Origin: an uncultured Chloroflexia bacterium
GTDB taxonomy: Bacteria > Chloroflexota > Dehalococcoidia > DSTF01 > JALHUB01
DNA length: 64,000 bases
Reading direction: 5' to 3'
Assembly: GCA_963703345.1 (NCBI GenBank)
Contig: OY969814.1
Coordinates: forward strand, 1,952,001 to 2,016,000
In this document: positions 22,266-32,152 of the stretch, piece after piece
How positions within the stretch are numbered: the stretch's first letter is position 1
Layout: every line of letters begins with the position of its first letter
Program-made: the position numbers and the translations under genes
The notes under the pieces: generated by a model
Seen by the model: only the letters and a program-made list of their open reading frames with translations
Database searches by the model: none
Told to the model about the DNA's origin: nothing

Positions 22266-23012
22266 TCAGGAGGTTGGTACGCGTCTTCTGCCCTTCAGCC
22301 CCGTCGCCAGCTTCGTCGCGACCTCGCGGCGAACGCGCGCCGGCAGCTCCGACTCGTGCCGCTCGACGAAGGCTATGACGGCGCCGCGGTCGAACTGGCT
22401 GAGGGCGCGCAAAGCCCAGGATAGCGCCTTTGCCACCATGTCGTCGCGGTCAGACGCGACGAGATCGCAGATCGCCAGCGTGCGCGTGGCCGCCTCGCCC
22501 TTCGACTCGCGGCTGAGGGCGACGGTTGAGACGACGGCGGCGCGTCGCCACCAGCGGTCCGGCGAATGCGCCCAGCGGAGAAACGTCTCGTCGTCCAGCC
22601 GGCCTTTCGCCCATGGCGGCCCGCTGATCGTGCCGGCGAAGGCGTCGACAGAGGCCCAGTTGTCCATGCCGCGTCCCAGCGCTTCGACGCGCTTGACGGT
22701 GAGCGCGGCCATGGCACCGCGATGGCGGTAGATGAGCTCGTAGGCGACCTGGCGGCCTTCGAAGGTGCCGGCGTCGATGACGGCGTCGGCGAGCCGCAGG
22801 ACGTCTTCGGCGGGCGCATCCCGCAGGCGCTTCGCGACGTCGCGGACGATGGCGCGGAGGTCGGGCACGGAGACGCCGACGACCTCCAGGGCGGTCGGGA
22901 AGTAGGTGACGGCGATGCGCTTTCGCTCCGGATTGGCGACGGCGCGGAGCCGGGCGTCGATTTCGGCTGTGACGGCGGCGACGTCGATCAACTCAGGGCT
23001 AATCCGTCGCAA
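22266..23012 (-). CDS. DNA alkylation repair glycosylase (AlkD-like)
   Basis: GVSVPDLR, NWASVD, W..S..RWWRR, KALSWALR, RE...KL.TG. Confidence 0.85.
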   Translation of the reverse strand: MRRISPELIDVAAVTAEIDARLRAVANPERKRIAVTYFPTALEVVGVSVPDLRAIVRDVAKRLRDAPAEDVLRLADAVIDAGTFEGRQVAYELIYRHRGAMAALTVKRVEALGRGMDNWASVDAFAGTISGPPWAKGRLDDETFLRWAHSPDRWWRRAAVVSTVALSRESKGEAATRTLAICDLVASDRDDMVAKALSWALRALSQFDRGAVIAFVERHESELPARVRREVATKLATGLKGRRRVPTS

Positions 23013-23176
23013 TCATGAGGTTTGTCGCCCTGATGACGGCGTGTGTTGCGAGCGCTTATCTTCATGATTCCGCGCCTTCCTGCGCTTTTCCTCAGCTTAC
23101 CATATCGGCCAGTCGGACTTGACACCTACGCCCTCGTGGGGCGACAATCTGGCATCGCTAGCGAATGGAGCGTAGC

Positions 23177-23509
23177 ATGAAAGTGCTCTTCCTTCTCCTG
23201 GCGCTGTTCCTGTCGAGCGCGGCGCTGACCGCTGCCTGCGGCGGGAATGACCAAGCGGCAGCAACACCCACCCCGACGCAAGCGGCACGAACGCCCCCTC
23301 CGATCACGGCTTCGGGCCAGTCGACAGACCGCGCCGGTTGCGATCCGTCTTATCCCGACGCGTGTTTGAAGGATGGCATCGGTGACTACGACTGCGCGGG
23401 CGGCACGGGTAACGGCCCGAACTACGTCAAGGGCCCCATTCGCGTGCTGCCGCCCGACCCTTTCCGCCTCGACAGCGACCACAATGGCTGGGGGTGCGAG
23501 AGCCACTGA
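23177..23509 (+). CDS. Small lipoprotein with Excalibur-like Ca-binding C-terminus
   Basis: LTAAC lipobox; CDPSYP..C...DYDC...DPFRLDSDHNGWGCE. Confidence 0.8.
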   Translation: MKVLFLLLALFLSSAALTAACGGNDQAAATPTPTQAARTPPPITASGQSTDRAGCDPSYPDACLKDGIGDYDCAGGTGNGPNYVKGPIRVLPPDPFRLDSDHNGWGCESH

Positions 23510-23549
23510 GCGAAGGCCGCGAGGAATCCTCTTCGCGCGCGAACCGCGC

Positions 23550-25250
23550 CTAGTCCTCGATGATCACGGTGCCCTGCGAGCCGTCGACGGTGATGATCTG
23601 GCCCGTCCTGATGCACTGCGTCGCGGTCTTGACGCCGACGACCGCCGGCAGGCCGTACTCGCGGGCGACGATGGAGCCGTGCGACAGCGTGCCGCCTATG
23701 TCCACGACAAGCCCCGCCACGACGACGAATAGCGGCGTCCAGCCGGCGTCGGTCACCGGCGCGACGAGTATCTCCCCGCGTTTGACCTCGACGTTGTCGC
23801 GGGGGTCGTGGACGACGCGGGCGGGGCCGGTCGCGCGCCCCGGCGAGACGGGAAGCCCCCGCAAGACCTGGCCCGGAGTCAACGACGGCGCGGCGCTTAG
23901 AGGTCGCGGGCGTCCGGCGAAGGCGTCGGGCAGAACGACGACCCGGTTTCGCTCCTCCTCCTCGCGGCGGCGACGCACTCTGGTCATGGCTTCCGCCGGG
24001 TCGAGCCTTCCCTCCGCCAGGTCGGTAGCTTCGTCCCAGGTGAGGTAGTAGATGTCGTCGGGCTTCGTCAGGCGCCCGTCGGCGCTGAGGCGTTGGCTGA
24101 GCTCGCGCATCAGACGGCGAAAGTGGTCGTTGGCGCGGATGAGGAGCGACTTCGTGCGCTCCCGCTGCGCCAGGCTGTTGCGGGCGTCGCGGAGGGCCCA
24201 GCGAAACGCCCAATGCCTGCGCCTGCCGACGCGCCGCACAGCGTCCTTCTCAGCGACCTCGCGTTCGCGGCGCTGGTGTTCCTCCATCGAGTGGGGGTCG
24301 GCGGCGGGATCGGCGTTGAGGTAGCTCCTGATCATCGTGAACACGCAGGGCATGTCGTCCGTCCACGTGGGGCTGGAAAGATCGCCCTCCCTGACAGCGC
24401 GATGGCCGTGGCGCCCCAGGAATTCGGCGAGGCGGGCGCGAAATGGGCCGGCGGCACCTTCGTCGAGGCTGTTCAGCGTGCATTCGATCTCCGCGCCGTC
24501 GCCGGAAGCAAACGCATCACATAGCGCCGGCGAGGACAGGACGAGGCGCGAGAGGTCCCACAGGTCGAAGGCGGGACGGGCGCTCTCGACGCTGCCGGCG
24601 CTGCAGAGCGTCGCGTGGAGAGAACCATCGTCGCCGAGCCAGTCGGCCGTGCGCTGCCGCAGCCGCTCGAAGCTGAGGCCGGCGGACGCGGACGCCATCA
24701 AGTGGACGCTGGCATGAGGGGCCGTCTTGGCGCGCCCGTCGCGGACCGTCGCCGTCAGCTCTTCGAGGGAAAGCTGCGCAAGAGGGCGCAGGCTTTCCTC
24801 CGACTCATTCCCCTCGACCACGCGCTGGAAGCCGCGTATCTCCGCCGGCAATCGAAGCCAGACCCAGAGCACGCGGACGGCGGTGACGCCGCGGCGGAGG
24901 CGCTCGACGGGCGAACGGCGGACCGGCGCTGTTTCGGAGCGCGCGACGCCGAAGTACTGCTCGTCGAGACCGTCGTTGCCGGAGCCTTTGTCCGCCGCTT
25001 CTCGCAAGAGCGAGGCGTTGAGGAAGGGACGGCCGTAGAAGAGGGCCATAAATGGGTCAGGGTTGCTGATCTTGATGCCGGCGCGTCCGATCATGCGGCG
25101 CCAGGCCCGATCCATCACGTCGCTCATGAGCGACCAGGCGAGCGGCGAAACGGCGCCGGGGAGCACCTCCTGCACGTTCGCGGACGTCCAGACGGTGTCG
25201 GGGTGCGCCTGCGTGTCGAACTCGCATTCGGCCCTGGTGGCTGTGTCCAT
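23550..25250 (-). CDS. PEP-utilizing enzyme (RPH-like middle domain + phospho-His swivel domain, no ATP-grasp)
   Basis: WT.ANVQE..PG..SP, GHR...E, GEILVA..TDAGWTP, GG.LSHGSIVAREYG.PAV. Confidence 0.85.
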   Translation of the reverse strand: MDTATRAECEFDTQAHPDTVWTSANVQEVLPGAVSPLAWSLMSDVMDRAWRRMIGRAGIKISNPDPFMALFYGRPFLNASLLREAADKGSGNDGLDEQYFGVARSETAPVRRSPVERLRRGVTAVRVLWVWLRLPAEIRGFQRVVEGNESEESLRPLAQLSLEELTATVRDGRAKTAPHASVHLMASASAGLSFERLRQRTADWLGDDGSLHATLCSAGSVESARPAFDLWDLSRLVLSSPALCDAFASGDGAEIECTLNSLDEGAAGPFRARLAEFLGRHGHRAVREGDLSSPTWTDDMPCVFTMIRSYLNADPAADPHSMEEHQRREREVAEKDAVRRVGRRRHWAFRWALRDARNSLAQRERTKSLLIRANDHFRRLMRELSQRLSADGRLTKPDDIYYLTWDEATDLAEGRLDPAEAMTRVRRRREEEERNRVVVLPDAFAGRPRPLSAAPSLTPGQVLRGLPVSPGRATGPARVVHDPRDNVEVKRGEILVAPVTDAGWTPLFVVVAGLVVDIGGTLSHGSIVAREYGLPAVVGVKTATQCIRTGQIITVDGSQGTVIIED

Positions 25251-25273
25251 ACTTCGAGCCCTCCGGCTGTCGT

Positions 25274-27667
25274 TTAGCTCGCCAGATGAACTATTGTGAC
25301 GCCTTCGCCGCCCTCTTCCCGCGGCGCGAAATCATAGTCCTTCACCAGCGGGTGCGAGGAGAGCATCTGCCGCACGGCTCGTGCCAGGGTGCCGGTCCCC
25401 TTGCCATGGACGATGCGCACCCAGGGCAACCGCGCGCGGAAGGCATCGTCGAGGTACTTGTCGAGGTCAGGCAGCGCCTCGTCGACCAGGCGACCGCGCA
25501 TCTGTATCTCCATCGGCACGGACGGCGGCGGCGGCGTGACGGGCGCCGTCCCACCGATGACCGGACCGTGCGCCTTGACGCGCTGCACCTTCTCGACTTT
25601 CTTCAGCGGCACCTGGCTGTGCAGCGAGCCCAGCCGGATGGCCACTTCGCCCTTCTCGTCCGGCGGCGACAGCGCTTCGCCGAAGCGGCCCAGCCCGCGC
25701 ACCCAGACGATGTCGCCGGCCTGTATCTCTTCCGGCAGCACGAGGTCGCCTCCCTTGCGACGGCGGCGTCTGGGAGACGGAGGCGGCGGCTTCAGCGCCT
25801 CGGCCACGGCTTCGGCGGCGGCGACCTTCTCGGCGGCCGCCTCGGGCTTCTGACGCTCGATGCGACGACCGGCGTGCGCCAGGAGCTGTCGGACTCGAGC
25901 GAGCTCTTCCTCCGCCTCGTTGCGGGCGTTGGCGAGGATCTGCTCGCGCTCCTCTTCGATGGCGTCGAGCTTGTCCTCCAGGCGCAGGCGTATCTCCTCC
26001 GCTTCCTTGCGGGCGAGCAGCTCGGCGCGACGGGCGTCCTCGGCGGCGGCGCGCTCGCGCTGGATCTCGGCCAGGAGGCTTTCGGCGTGCGCCCGCTCCG
26101 GCTCGATGGACGCGCGGGCGGCGGCTATAACGTCCTTCGGCAGGCCCAGCCGCTCGGCGATTGCGAGGGCGTTACTGCTGCCGGGCAGGCCGATGGCGAT
26201 GCGATAGGTCGGCGCCAGCGTCTCCGTGTCGAACTCGACGGAGGCGTTCATGACGCCGCTGGTGCTGTGCGCGAAGACCTTGAGCTCGCCGTGGTGGGTC
26301 GTCGCGACCGTCAGGCAGGCGGTGGCGAGGACACGTTCGAGGAGGGCGCGGGCCAGCGCGGCGCCTTCGTCGGGGTCGGTGCCAGCGCCGAGCTCGTCGA
26401 GGAGCACAAGGCTGTTGGGGCCGGCCCCGGCGAGGATGCCGATGATGTTCGTCATGTGGCTGCTGAAGGTGGAAAGCGACTGCTCGATACTCTGCTCGTC
26501 GCCGATATCGGCGAGGACGGCGTCGAAAACGGGCAGGCGGCTGCCGGCGTCGGCGGGCACAGGCAGGCCGGCCTGGGCCATCGCGCTCATCAGCCCGACC
26601 GTCTTCAGGGCGACCGTCTTGCCGCCGGTGTTCGGGCCGGTAATGAGCAGCACGCTGTAGTTGCCACCGACGGAGAGCGAGGTGGGGACGGCCTCGCCGC
26701 GGAGCAGCGGATGGCGGGCGTTCACGAGGTGAAGGGCGTCGGGCGGGCGCGTCAGCCAGGGCTGCGATTCGCCGTCGTAAGGCAGCTCCGTCGCGCCGAG
26801 CTCTTCGGCGAGGGCGGCCTTGGCGAAAGCGAGGTCGAGCTCCGCCAGCGATTCGATGTTGACGCCGATGGCGTGGGCGGAGCGGCCGGCAAGCGCGCTG
26901 AGACGGCGGAGAACGCGCTCGACCTCCCGCTGCTCCTCGGCCTGCGTTTCGCGCCAGGTGTTGCCGAGGTCGACGACCGCGAGGGGCTCGATGAACACGG
27001 TGGCGCCGCTCGCCGACACGTCGTGGATGATGCCGCGCACCTGGCCGCCGGCTTCGACTTTGATTGGGATGACGTAGCGGCCTTCCCGCAGGGTGATGAT
27101 GGGCTCCTGGATGGCGGCGCGCATGTCCGGCGCCGTCAGAAGCTCCTGGAGCTTGGCGTAGAGGCGGTCGTGCACCGTGTGGAGATCGCGGCGGACGATA
27201 GCGAGCGCCGGGCTGGCGGCGTCGGCGATCTCGGCACGCGGCGTGATGCAGCGATAGATCTCTCCGGCGACTTCGGCGAGGTCGGTGATGCGCTCGGCGA
27301 TCTCCACGAGGAGCGGCAGCTTGTTCGCGGGCAGTCCGCCGAGCCGGACCAACGTCTCCTTGAGGCCGCGGCCCGCCGCCAGCGTGCCGGCGACGTCGAG
27401 CAGCTCCGACGGCTCGAGGATGCCGCCGAGGTTCGCCTTGTTGGCAAGCTGTCGCACATCGTGGACGCCGCCGAGGCCGCTGCGGGGCTGCATCTCGCGC
27501 AGGCGTCGCGCTTCGGCAGTGAGACGCTGTCGGCGGACCACCTCGTCGTAGTCCGTGGACGGGCGCAGCGACACGGCGAGGTCGCGGCCGGCGGAGAACG
27601 AGGTGTGCTTCGCCAGTCGCGCCAGCACCTTCTCGAACTCGAGCGTGGCAAGGGTCTTCTCGTCCAT
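25274..27667 (-). CDS. mutS2: Endonuclease MutS2
   Basis: TGPNTGGKT, DIGDEQSIEQSLSTFSSH, DELGAGTDP, C-terminal Smr domain IVHGKGTG. Confidence 0.96.
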   Translation of the reverse strand: MDEKTLATLEFEKVLARLAKHTSFSAGRDLAVSLRPSTDYDEVVRRQRLTAEARRLREMQPRSGLGGVHDVRQLANKANLGGILEPSELLDVAGTLAAGRGLKETLVRLGGLPANKLPLLVEIAERITDLAEVAGEIYRCITPRAEIADAASPALAIVRRDLHTVHDRLYAKLQELLTAPDMRAAIQEPIITLREGRYVIPIKVEAGGQVRGIIHDVSASGATVFIEPLAVVDLGNTWRETQAEEQREVERVLRRLSALAGRSAHAIGVNIESLAELDLAFAKAALAEELGATELPYDGESQPWLTRPPDALHLVNARHPLLRGEAVPTSLSVGGNYSVLLITGPNTGGKTVALKTVGLMSAMAQAGLPVPADAGSRLPVFDAVLADIGDEQSIEQSLSTFSSHMTNIIGILAGAGPNSLVLLDELGAGTDPDEGAALARALLERVLATACLTVATTHHGELKVFAHSTSGVMNASVEFDTETLAPTYRIAIGLPGSSNALAIAERLGLPKDVIAAARASIEPERAHAESLLAEIQRERAAAEDARRAELLARKEAEEIRLRLEDKLDAIEEEREQILANARNEAEEELARVRQLLAHAGRRIERQKPEAAAEKVAAAEAVAEALKPPPPSPRRRRRKGGDLVLPEEIQAGDIVWVRGLGRFGEALSPPDEKGEVAIRLGSLHSQVPLKKVEKVQRVKAHGPVIGGTAPVTPPPPSVPMEIQMRGRLVDEALPDLDKYLDDAFRARLPWVRIVHGKGTGTLARAVRQMLSSHPLVKDYDFAPREEGGEGVTIVHLAS

Positions 27668-27724
27668 GGGAGAGTATTGTAGCAGACTCCGCGGTTCAGC
27701 AGAGATGGAGATGCAGAGGAAGGT

Positions 27725-28543
27725 CTAGTCGAGGGAGAGCCAGATGCGGTAGAGCCGGCGCCGCGGCAGGCCATAGAGTTTTGAGAGCTGCGCCGTCGCG
27801 GCCTGGGCGCCCACGCCTTCTTCGCGCAGCCGCCGCATCTCGGCGATGACCTCCGGCGGGACCGCTTCGTCGGCTGACGCAGCAGGAGCGCTGGCGATGA
27901 CCAGCGTGAACTCGCCGCGAGGCTCCGCGAAGTGCCGCAGGGCGTCGGAGACGCGGCCGCGAAACACCTCCTCGTAGAGCTTCGTCAGCTCGCGGCAGAC
28001 GGCGACGTCGCGGTCACCCAGCGCCTGCTCGATGTCGGCCAGCGTCTGGCGCAGGCGGTGCGGCGCCTCGAAGGCGACAAGCGTCTCTTCGCGCGCTGCC
28101 AGCGACTGGAGCAGGCGTCGACGCTCCGTTGCCTGACGCGGCAGGAAGCCGAGGTACGTGAACGCGCGGGTCGACAGGCTGGAGACGGCAAGCGCGGTCG
28201 TAATCGCCGAGGGGCCAGGCACGGGCACGACCGGAATGCCGGCGGCGTAGGCGGCGCGCACAAGGTCCTGCCCGGGGTCGCTTATCGCCGGCATGCCGGC
28301 TTCGGAGACGAGCGCAACGTCGCCCTCCATCAGCTTCGCGAGGATGACCGATGTTTTCGAGCGCTTGTTGCGGTCGTTGTAGCTGGTCAGCGGCGTGTGG
28401 ATGTCGTAGTGCGAGAGCAACTTCCGTGTCGTGCGCGTGTCTTCCGCGGCGATGAGACTCACCTCTCGGAGCGTTCGCAGCGCCCGCAGCGTCACGTCCT
28501 CCAGGTTGCCAATCGGCGTCGCGACGAGATAGAACGTGCCCAT
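27725..28543 (-). CDS. rsmI: 16S rRNA C1402 2'-O-methyltransferase
   Basis: VATPIGNLED, AAEDTR, SEAGMPAISDPG, RELTKLYEE. Confidence 0.96.
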   Translation of the reverse strand: MGTFYLVATPIGNLEDVTLRALRTLREVSLIAAEDTRTTRKLLSHYDIHTPLTSYNDRNKRSKTSVILAKLMEGDVALVSEAGMPAISDPGQDLVRAAYAAGIPVVPVPGPSAITTALAVSSLSTRAFTYLGFLPRQATERRRLLQSLAAREETLVAFEAPHRLRQTLADIEQALGDRDVAVCRELTKLYEEVFRGRVSDALRHFAEPRGEFTLVIASAPAASADEAVPPEVIAEMRRLREEGVGAQAATAQLSKLYGLPRRRLYRIWLSLD

Positions 28544-28768
28544 TATGTCAAGAGTTGCCCTAACGACTATCTTTTTTCGGAATTATATCAGATCGTCACA
28601 GATTCGCGTTGACCTCTCCGCCCCCGCTTGGTATAGTTTCACTATACTCCTCGCAGTTCCCCACGCCGAAGGGAGGGCAGCGCAATGAGGGACGTTGGCT
28701 GGCAAGGCGTCCCGGGTCGGGCGTCCGCATCCTCGGCGGCGGTCGTCGACGCTGAGCAGCGGGAAGAG

Positions 28769-29908
28769 ATGCGCCTGGCGCCGCCCGGCGCAAAGCAGAT
28801 GCGCCGCGCTTACGGCTTCGACGAAGTCGCCATCGTCCCCGGCGACGTCACGATCAACCCGGAGCTCGTCGATATCTCCTTCGCTCTCGGCGATGTCAAG
28901 CTGCGACTGCCGTTCCTCGCGGCCGGTATGGATGCGGTAGTCGATCCCCGTTCGGCCGCCATCTTCTCGCAGCTCGGTGGGCTTGCCGTCCTCAACGTCG
29001 ACGGCCTGCAGACGCGCTACCAAGACCCGGAAGGCGTTCTTCGAGAGATAGCCGCCGCGTCGCAGGAGACCGTGGGCGCGCTTCTCCAGCGAATCTACTC
29101 GCAGCCGGTGCGCCTCGACCTCGTCGGCGAGCGCGTGCGCGCTGTCAAGCGAGAGGGCGCGCTCTGCGCCGTCTCCTGCACGCCGGCGAATGCCAAGCGC
29201 TTCGCGCCGGTAGCCGTAGAAGCCGGCGTGGACGTGTTCGTCGTCCAGTCGACCGTGACGACGGCGCGTCACAGCTCGCGCAGCCTGGAGGGCCTTCGCT
29301 TCGAGAAGCTGTGCGAGCAGGTGCCGGTGCCCGTGATCGTCGGCAACACCGTCAGCTTCGGCCCCTGCAAAGACCTAATGGAGACCGGCATTGCGGCCGT
29401 GCTCGTCGGCGTCGGCCCGAGCGTCATCTGCACCACGCGCGACGTCCTGGGCATCGGCGTGCCGCAGGTGACGGCGATAATCGACTGCGCCGCCGCCCGC
29501 GACGCGTACCAGCGGGAAAGCGGCCGCTACGTGCCGATAATCGCCGACGGCGGCATCCACACCGGCGGCGACCTGTGCAAGGCGTTCGCTGCCGGCGCGG
29601 ACGCCGCGATGCTGGGGACGCTTCTGGCTGTTGCGGAGGAAGCGCCGGGCCGCGGCTACCACTGGGGCATGTCGGCGCCGCACGCGGAGCTGCCACGGGG
29701 CAAGCGCGTGCACGTGGGCGTGCGGGCGAGCCTGGAGAAGATCCTCTACGGGCCGACCTCTCGCAGCGACGGCACGGAGAACCTTGCCGGCGTTCTGCGG
29801 ACCGCGCTCGGTGTCTGCGGGGCGAGCAACGTCCGCGAGTTCCACCAGGCGGAGATGGTGATTGCGCCTTCAATAAAGACTGAAGGGAAGACGATCACTT
29901 CGGCCTGA
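28769..29908 (+). CDS. GuaB3-family IMP dehydrogenase-related protein
   Basis: RRAYGFDEVAIVPG, VGVGP..ICTTR, IIADGG, HWGM, APSIKTEGK; no CBS pair. Confidence 0.9.
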   Translation: MRLAPPGAKQMRRAYGFDEVAIVPGDVTINPELVDISFALGDVKLRLPFLAAGMDAVVDPRSAAIFSQLGGLAVLNVDGLQTRYQDPEGVLREIAAASQETVGALLQRIYSQPVRLDLVGERVRAVKREGALCAVSCTPANAKRFAPVAVEAGVDVFVVQSTVTTARHSSRSLEGLRFEKLCEQVPVPVIVGNTVSFGPCKDLMETGIAAVLVGVGPSVICTTRDVLGIGVPQVTAIIDCAAARDAYQRESGRYVPIIADGGIHTGGDLCKAFAAGADAAMLGTLLAVAEEAPGRGYHWGMSAPHAELPRGKRVHVGVRASLEKILYGPTSRSDGTENLAGVLRTALGVCGASNVREFHQAEMVIAPSIKTEGKTITSA

Positions 29909-29942
29909 GGCGACCGCTCCAAACAACTGCGCGCTGACAGCT

Positions 29943-29987
29943 TGGTGGGCGATGCAGGGCTCGAACCTGCGACCTTCTGGGTGTTAA
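29943..29987 (-). other. 3' half of a tRNA (Val-like); att-site-like scar
   Basis: Minus strand TTAACAC-CCAGA-AGGTC-GCAGG-TTCGAGC-CCTGC-ATCGCCC-ACCA; no matching D-arm or 5' acceptor strand seen nearby. Confidence 0.75.
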
Positions 29988-30173
29988 GCATCTGCGCCTG
30001 AGCGCTGTGCAACGGAATCAGCACCCCCGAGCGAAAACGCGGAAGTTATCATCTGGAACCTGAGGCTCAAGGCCGGCCTTGTCCGCAAGAAGCCGCGATG
30101 GCGCGAAGCCCTGCGTCGCGCGTTTCCCATGGAAACCTAGTATCGTGTGACGTCTTTGTTGTTTGGGATGAAG

Positions 30174-31499
30174 CTATTCGACAAGCTTCATGCTTGGCTT
30201 TCCGACATCCACGTAGTCGGCGTAGTTGATAGTAACCGCGTTGGAGCCGGAGTAGCTGAATGTGTTGACGATTATCTGGAGAGCGCCCAGATTTCCTCCC
30301 CCTGACACATTCAACTGGGCGGCAGGCAGGTAGATGATTCCCGTGGTGGTGTAGCTGGACCCCGCGTACTTCATCTGCGCGTTGCAGCTGCTGGCCTGCC
30401 AGAAGAGCATGTTCTTGTAGGCGCCGGAGGTGGGCGCGCTGAGGGTCAGGGTGCCGGAGCCCTGGATGGCGATAGAACCGCAAGCGCCGTTGTTGTTCTG
30501 AGCGTAGGCGTCGTCGATGTTGTAGAAGGTAACGCCGGTGCCGTGGATGTTAGTCCCGCCGCTATAATCGAATCCGCCGCCGGCAAAGATGTAGACGCCA
30601 GAACTGAAGGTGACAGTCCCTACTCCGGTGATCTTCAGGCCGCCGTAGTATGTTCCGGGCTGAAGCGTGACGGTTTTATCATTAAAGGTTGTAGCTTTGG
30701 GGTTTTTGGCAGTCCCGCTGGAAGTACTTGATGCCGCCACGCAACCGGGGGTCGGTGTGGTGCCGCAAGGAACGGGCGGGGACAAAGATGCGAGCGGGTC
30801 GGGCACTTGACCGGGGACAGACTCTGGCGGGACTGATGTCGTGGCGTTGTTGCTCAGCGACCAAGATCCCGCACTGTAGTAATCAATGTAATCGGCCACA
30901 AAGTGACTGCCGCCGCCTTGGGAGCCGGAAGGCCCGGGGGGCTGGCACTTTGTACCTGATGAGTTGACGATTGCGCCACCGCCGTTGATCGTGAGGGTGC
31001 TGTTGCTCGTCTGGTTGTAAGCCGGGCAGGCAGTCTTGTCGAGGACAACCAAGGCGTAGTTCTTGGGGACGGTGGTGATGCCTGCGACGGCGCGGGCACT
31101 GATGGTGAACGTCTTGACCCCCACAACCCGCATGAACGCTGTTGGCTGCGAGTGAACTATGTCTACTTCCACGTAGTTAGCGTCGCCGGCATGCGTGCCC
31201 GAATGAGGCGGGATCGAAACGCTTGTTTCGTTGGCCGGGTAGCCGTTCTTTTGTGCCCAGCCCGAAGCTGCGCTAATGGCATCTGAGCGGGAGCCGTCGG
31301 TTAGCAGAACGCCGGCCCCAGCAAGAGCAGCAGCATCCGCACCGTTCTGCGTTTGGGTGCGAACGACGAGGACCGTTCCTCCGTCGATAGCCAGGCCTGC
31401 GAACCCGATGAGCACCGTCATCATCACGCCGGCGAGGATGGCAACCTGACCGCCCTGGTTTCGATGAAGCCTCCCCCAGACGCGAGATAGAATGCGCAT
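30174..31499 (-). CDS. TadG-like pilus assembly protein with Gly/Ser/Thr-rich extracellular domain
   Basis: GGQVAIL prepilin-like cleavage site, TM segment, LAIDGG...QNGADAAALAGA Tad motif. Confidence 0.85.
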   Translation of the reverse strand: MRILSRVWGRLHRNQGGQVAILAGVMMTVLIGFAGLAIDGGTVLVVRTQTQNGADAAALAGAGVLLTDGSRSDAISAASGWAQKNGYPANETSVSIPPHSGTHAGDANYVEVDIVHSQPTAFMRVVGVKTFTISARAVAGITTVPKNYALVVLDKTACPAYNQTSNSTLTINGGGAIVNSSGTKCQPPGPSGSQGGGSHFVADYIDYYSAGSWSLSNNATTSVPPESVPGQVPDPLASLSPPVPCGTTPTPGCVAASSTSSGTAKNPKATTFNDKTVTLQPGTYYGGLKITGVGTVTFSSGVYIFAGGGFDYSGGTNIHGTGVTFYNIDDAYAQNNNGACGSIAIQGSGTLTLSAPTSGAYKNMLFWQASSCNAQMKYAGSSYTTTGIIYLPAAQLNVSGGGNLGALQIIVNTFSYSGSNAVTINYADYVDVGKPSMKLVE

Positions 31500-31503
31500 A
31501 GTC

Positions 31504-31950
31504 CTACTCCAATCGCATGTCGGATTTTGACGATAGGTCGAAATAGCCGGGGAAATTTCCTCCTGAAACGAGGGTAAGAACGCTGGACAAGGGGGTGATC
31601 AGGGTATAGCGGTACTGCGCCTGCACTACCACTGAGTTGCCGGAAGTGCGACCGTTGGGGAAGGTCACGCTCACGCTCCGCATATCGGCGATGGTCAAGT
31701 CTGCGGTCTCGCAGACACGGCTTACGACGTTGCCCCGGTCAGAGCCGGTGCAGTCGGTCGGGTATGTGCCGGCAGCGTTCCCGACCGCCGCGTAGCGCGC
31801 TCCTTCGCGCGCCGCGTTCGTCAACTCGACGTAGGATTTGAACCCCATGCTGAAATCGACGATCGCCAGGCAGAGCAGCAACAGAATCGGTGCCACCATG
31901 GTGAACTCCACCAGACTTTGGCTCCGCTCAGATCCAATCCTTCGCAACAT
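31504..31950 (-). CDS. TadE-like pseudopilin
   Basis: SQSLVEFTMVAPILLLL...NAAREGARYA. Confidence 0.88.
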   Translation of the reverse strand: MLRRIGSERSQSLVEFTMVAPILLLLCLAIVDFSMGFKSYVELTNAAREGARYAAVGNAAGTYPTDCTGSDRGNVVSRVCETADLTIADMRSVSVTFPNGRTSGNSVVVQAQYRYTLITPLSSVLTLVSGGNFPGYFDLSSKSDMRLE

Positions 31951-32152
31951 CCTAACGACTCCATGTCTCCCACTCACGTATGCGTTCGCGCCGACGAGCG
32001 TTTGCGGCCCGTCCCCGTGAATGCGCAGTTGCTTCTGTTTTATAATCGACACATATGCGGAAAAACGTTGAAGAATTCCGGAGCGCGCGGATTCAGAGAC
32101 AGCCGCTGCTATGGGGCTCAGTTGGGGTTGGGTAGCAGAGGGGATACGCAGC

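Noticed and set aside
23013-23075. CTGATGA-containing element (hammerhead or fluoride riboswitch)
   Set aside because: No stem II-GAAA partner and no matching fluoride-riboswitch pseudoknot.
25286-27682. Long antisense ORFs (also 58628-61141, 61274-63355, 4578-6101 and others)
   Set aside because: Shadow frames of high-GC genes with clear homology on the opposite strand.
29943-30100. Intron-containing or intact tRNA-Val(AAC)
   Set aside because: No 5' half (GGGCGAT plus D-arm) found upstream on the minus strand; treated as a fragment.
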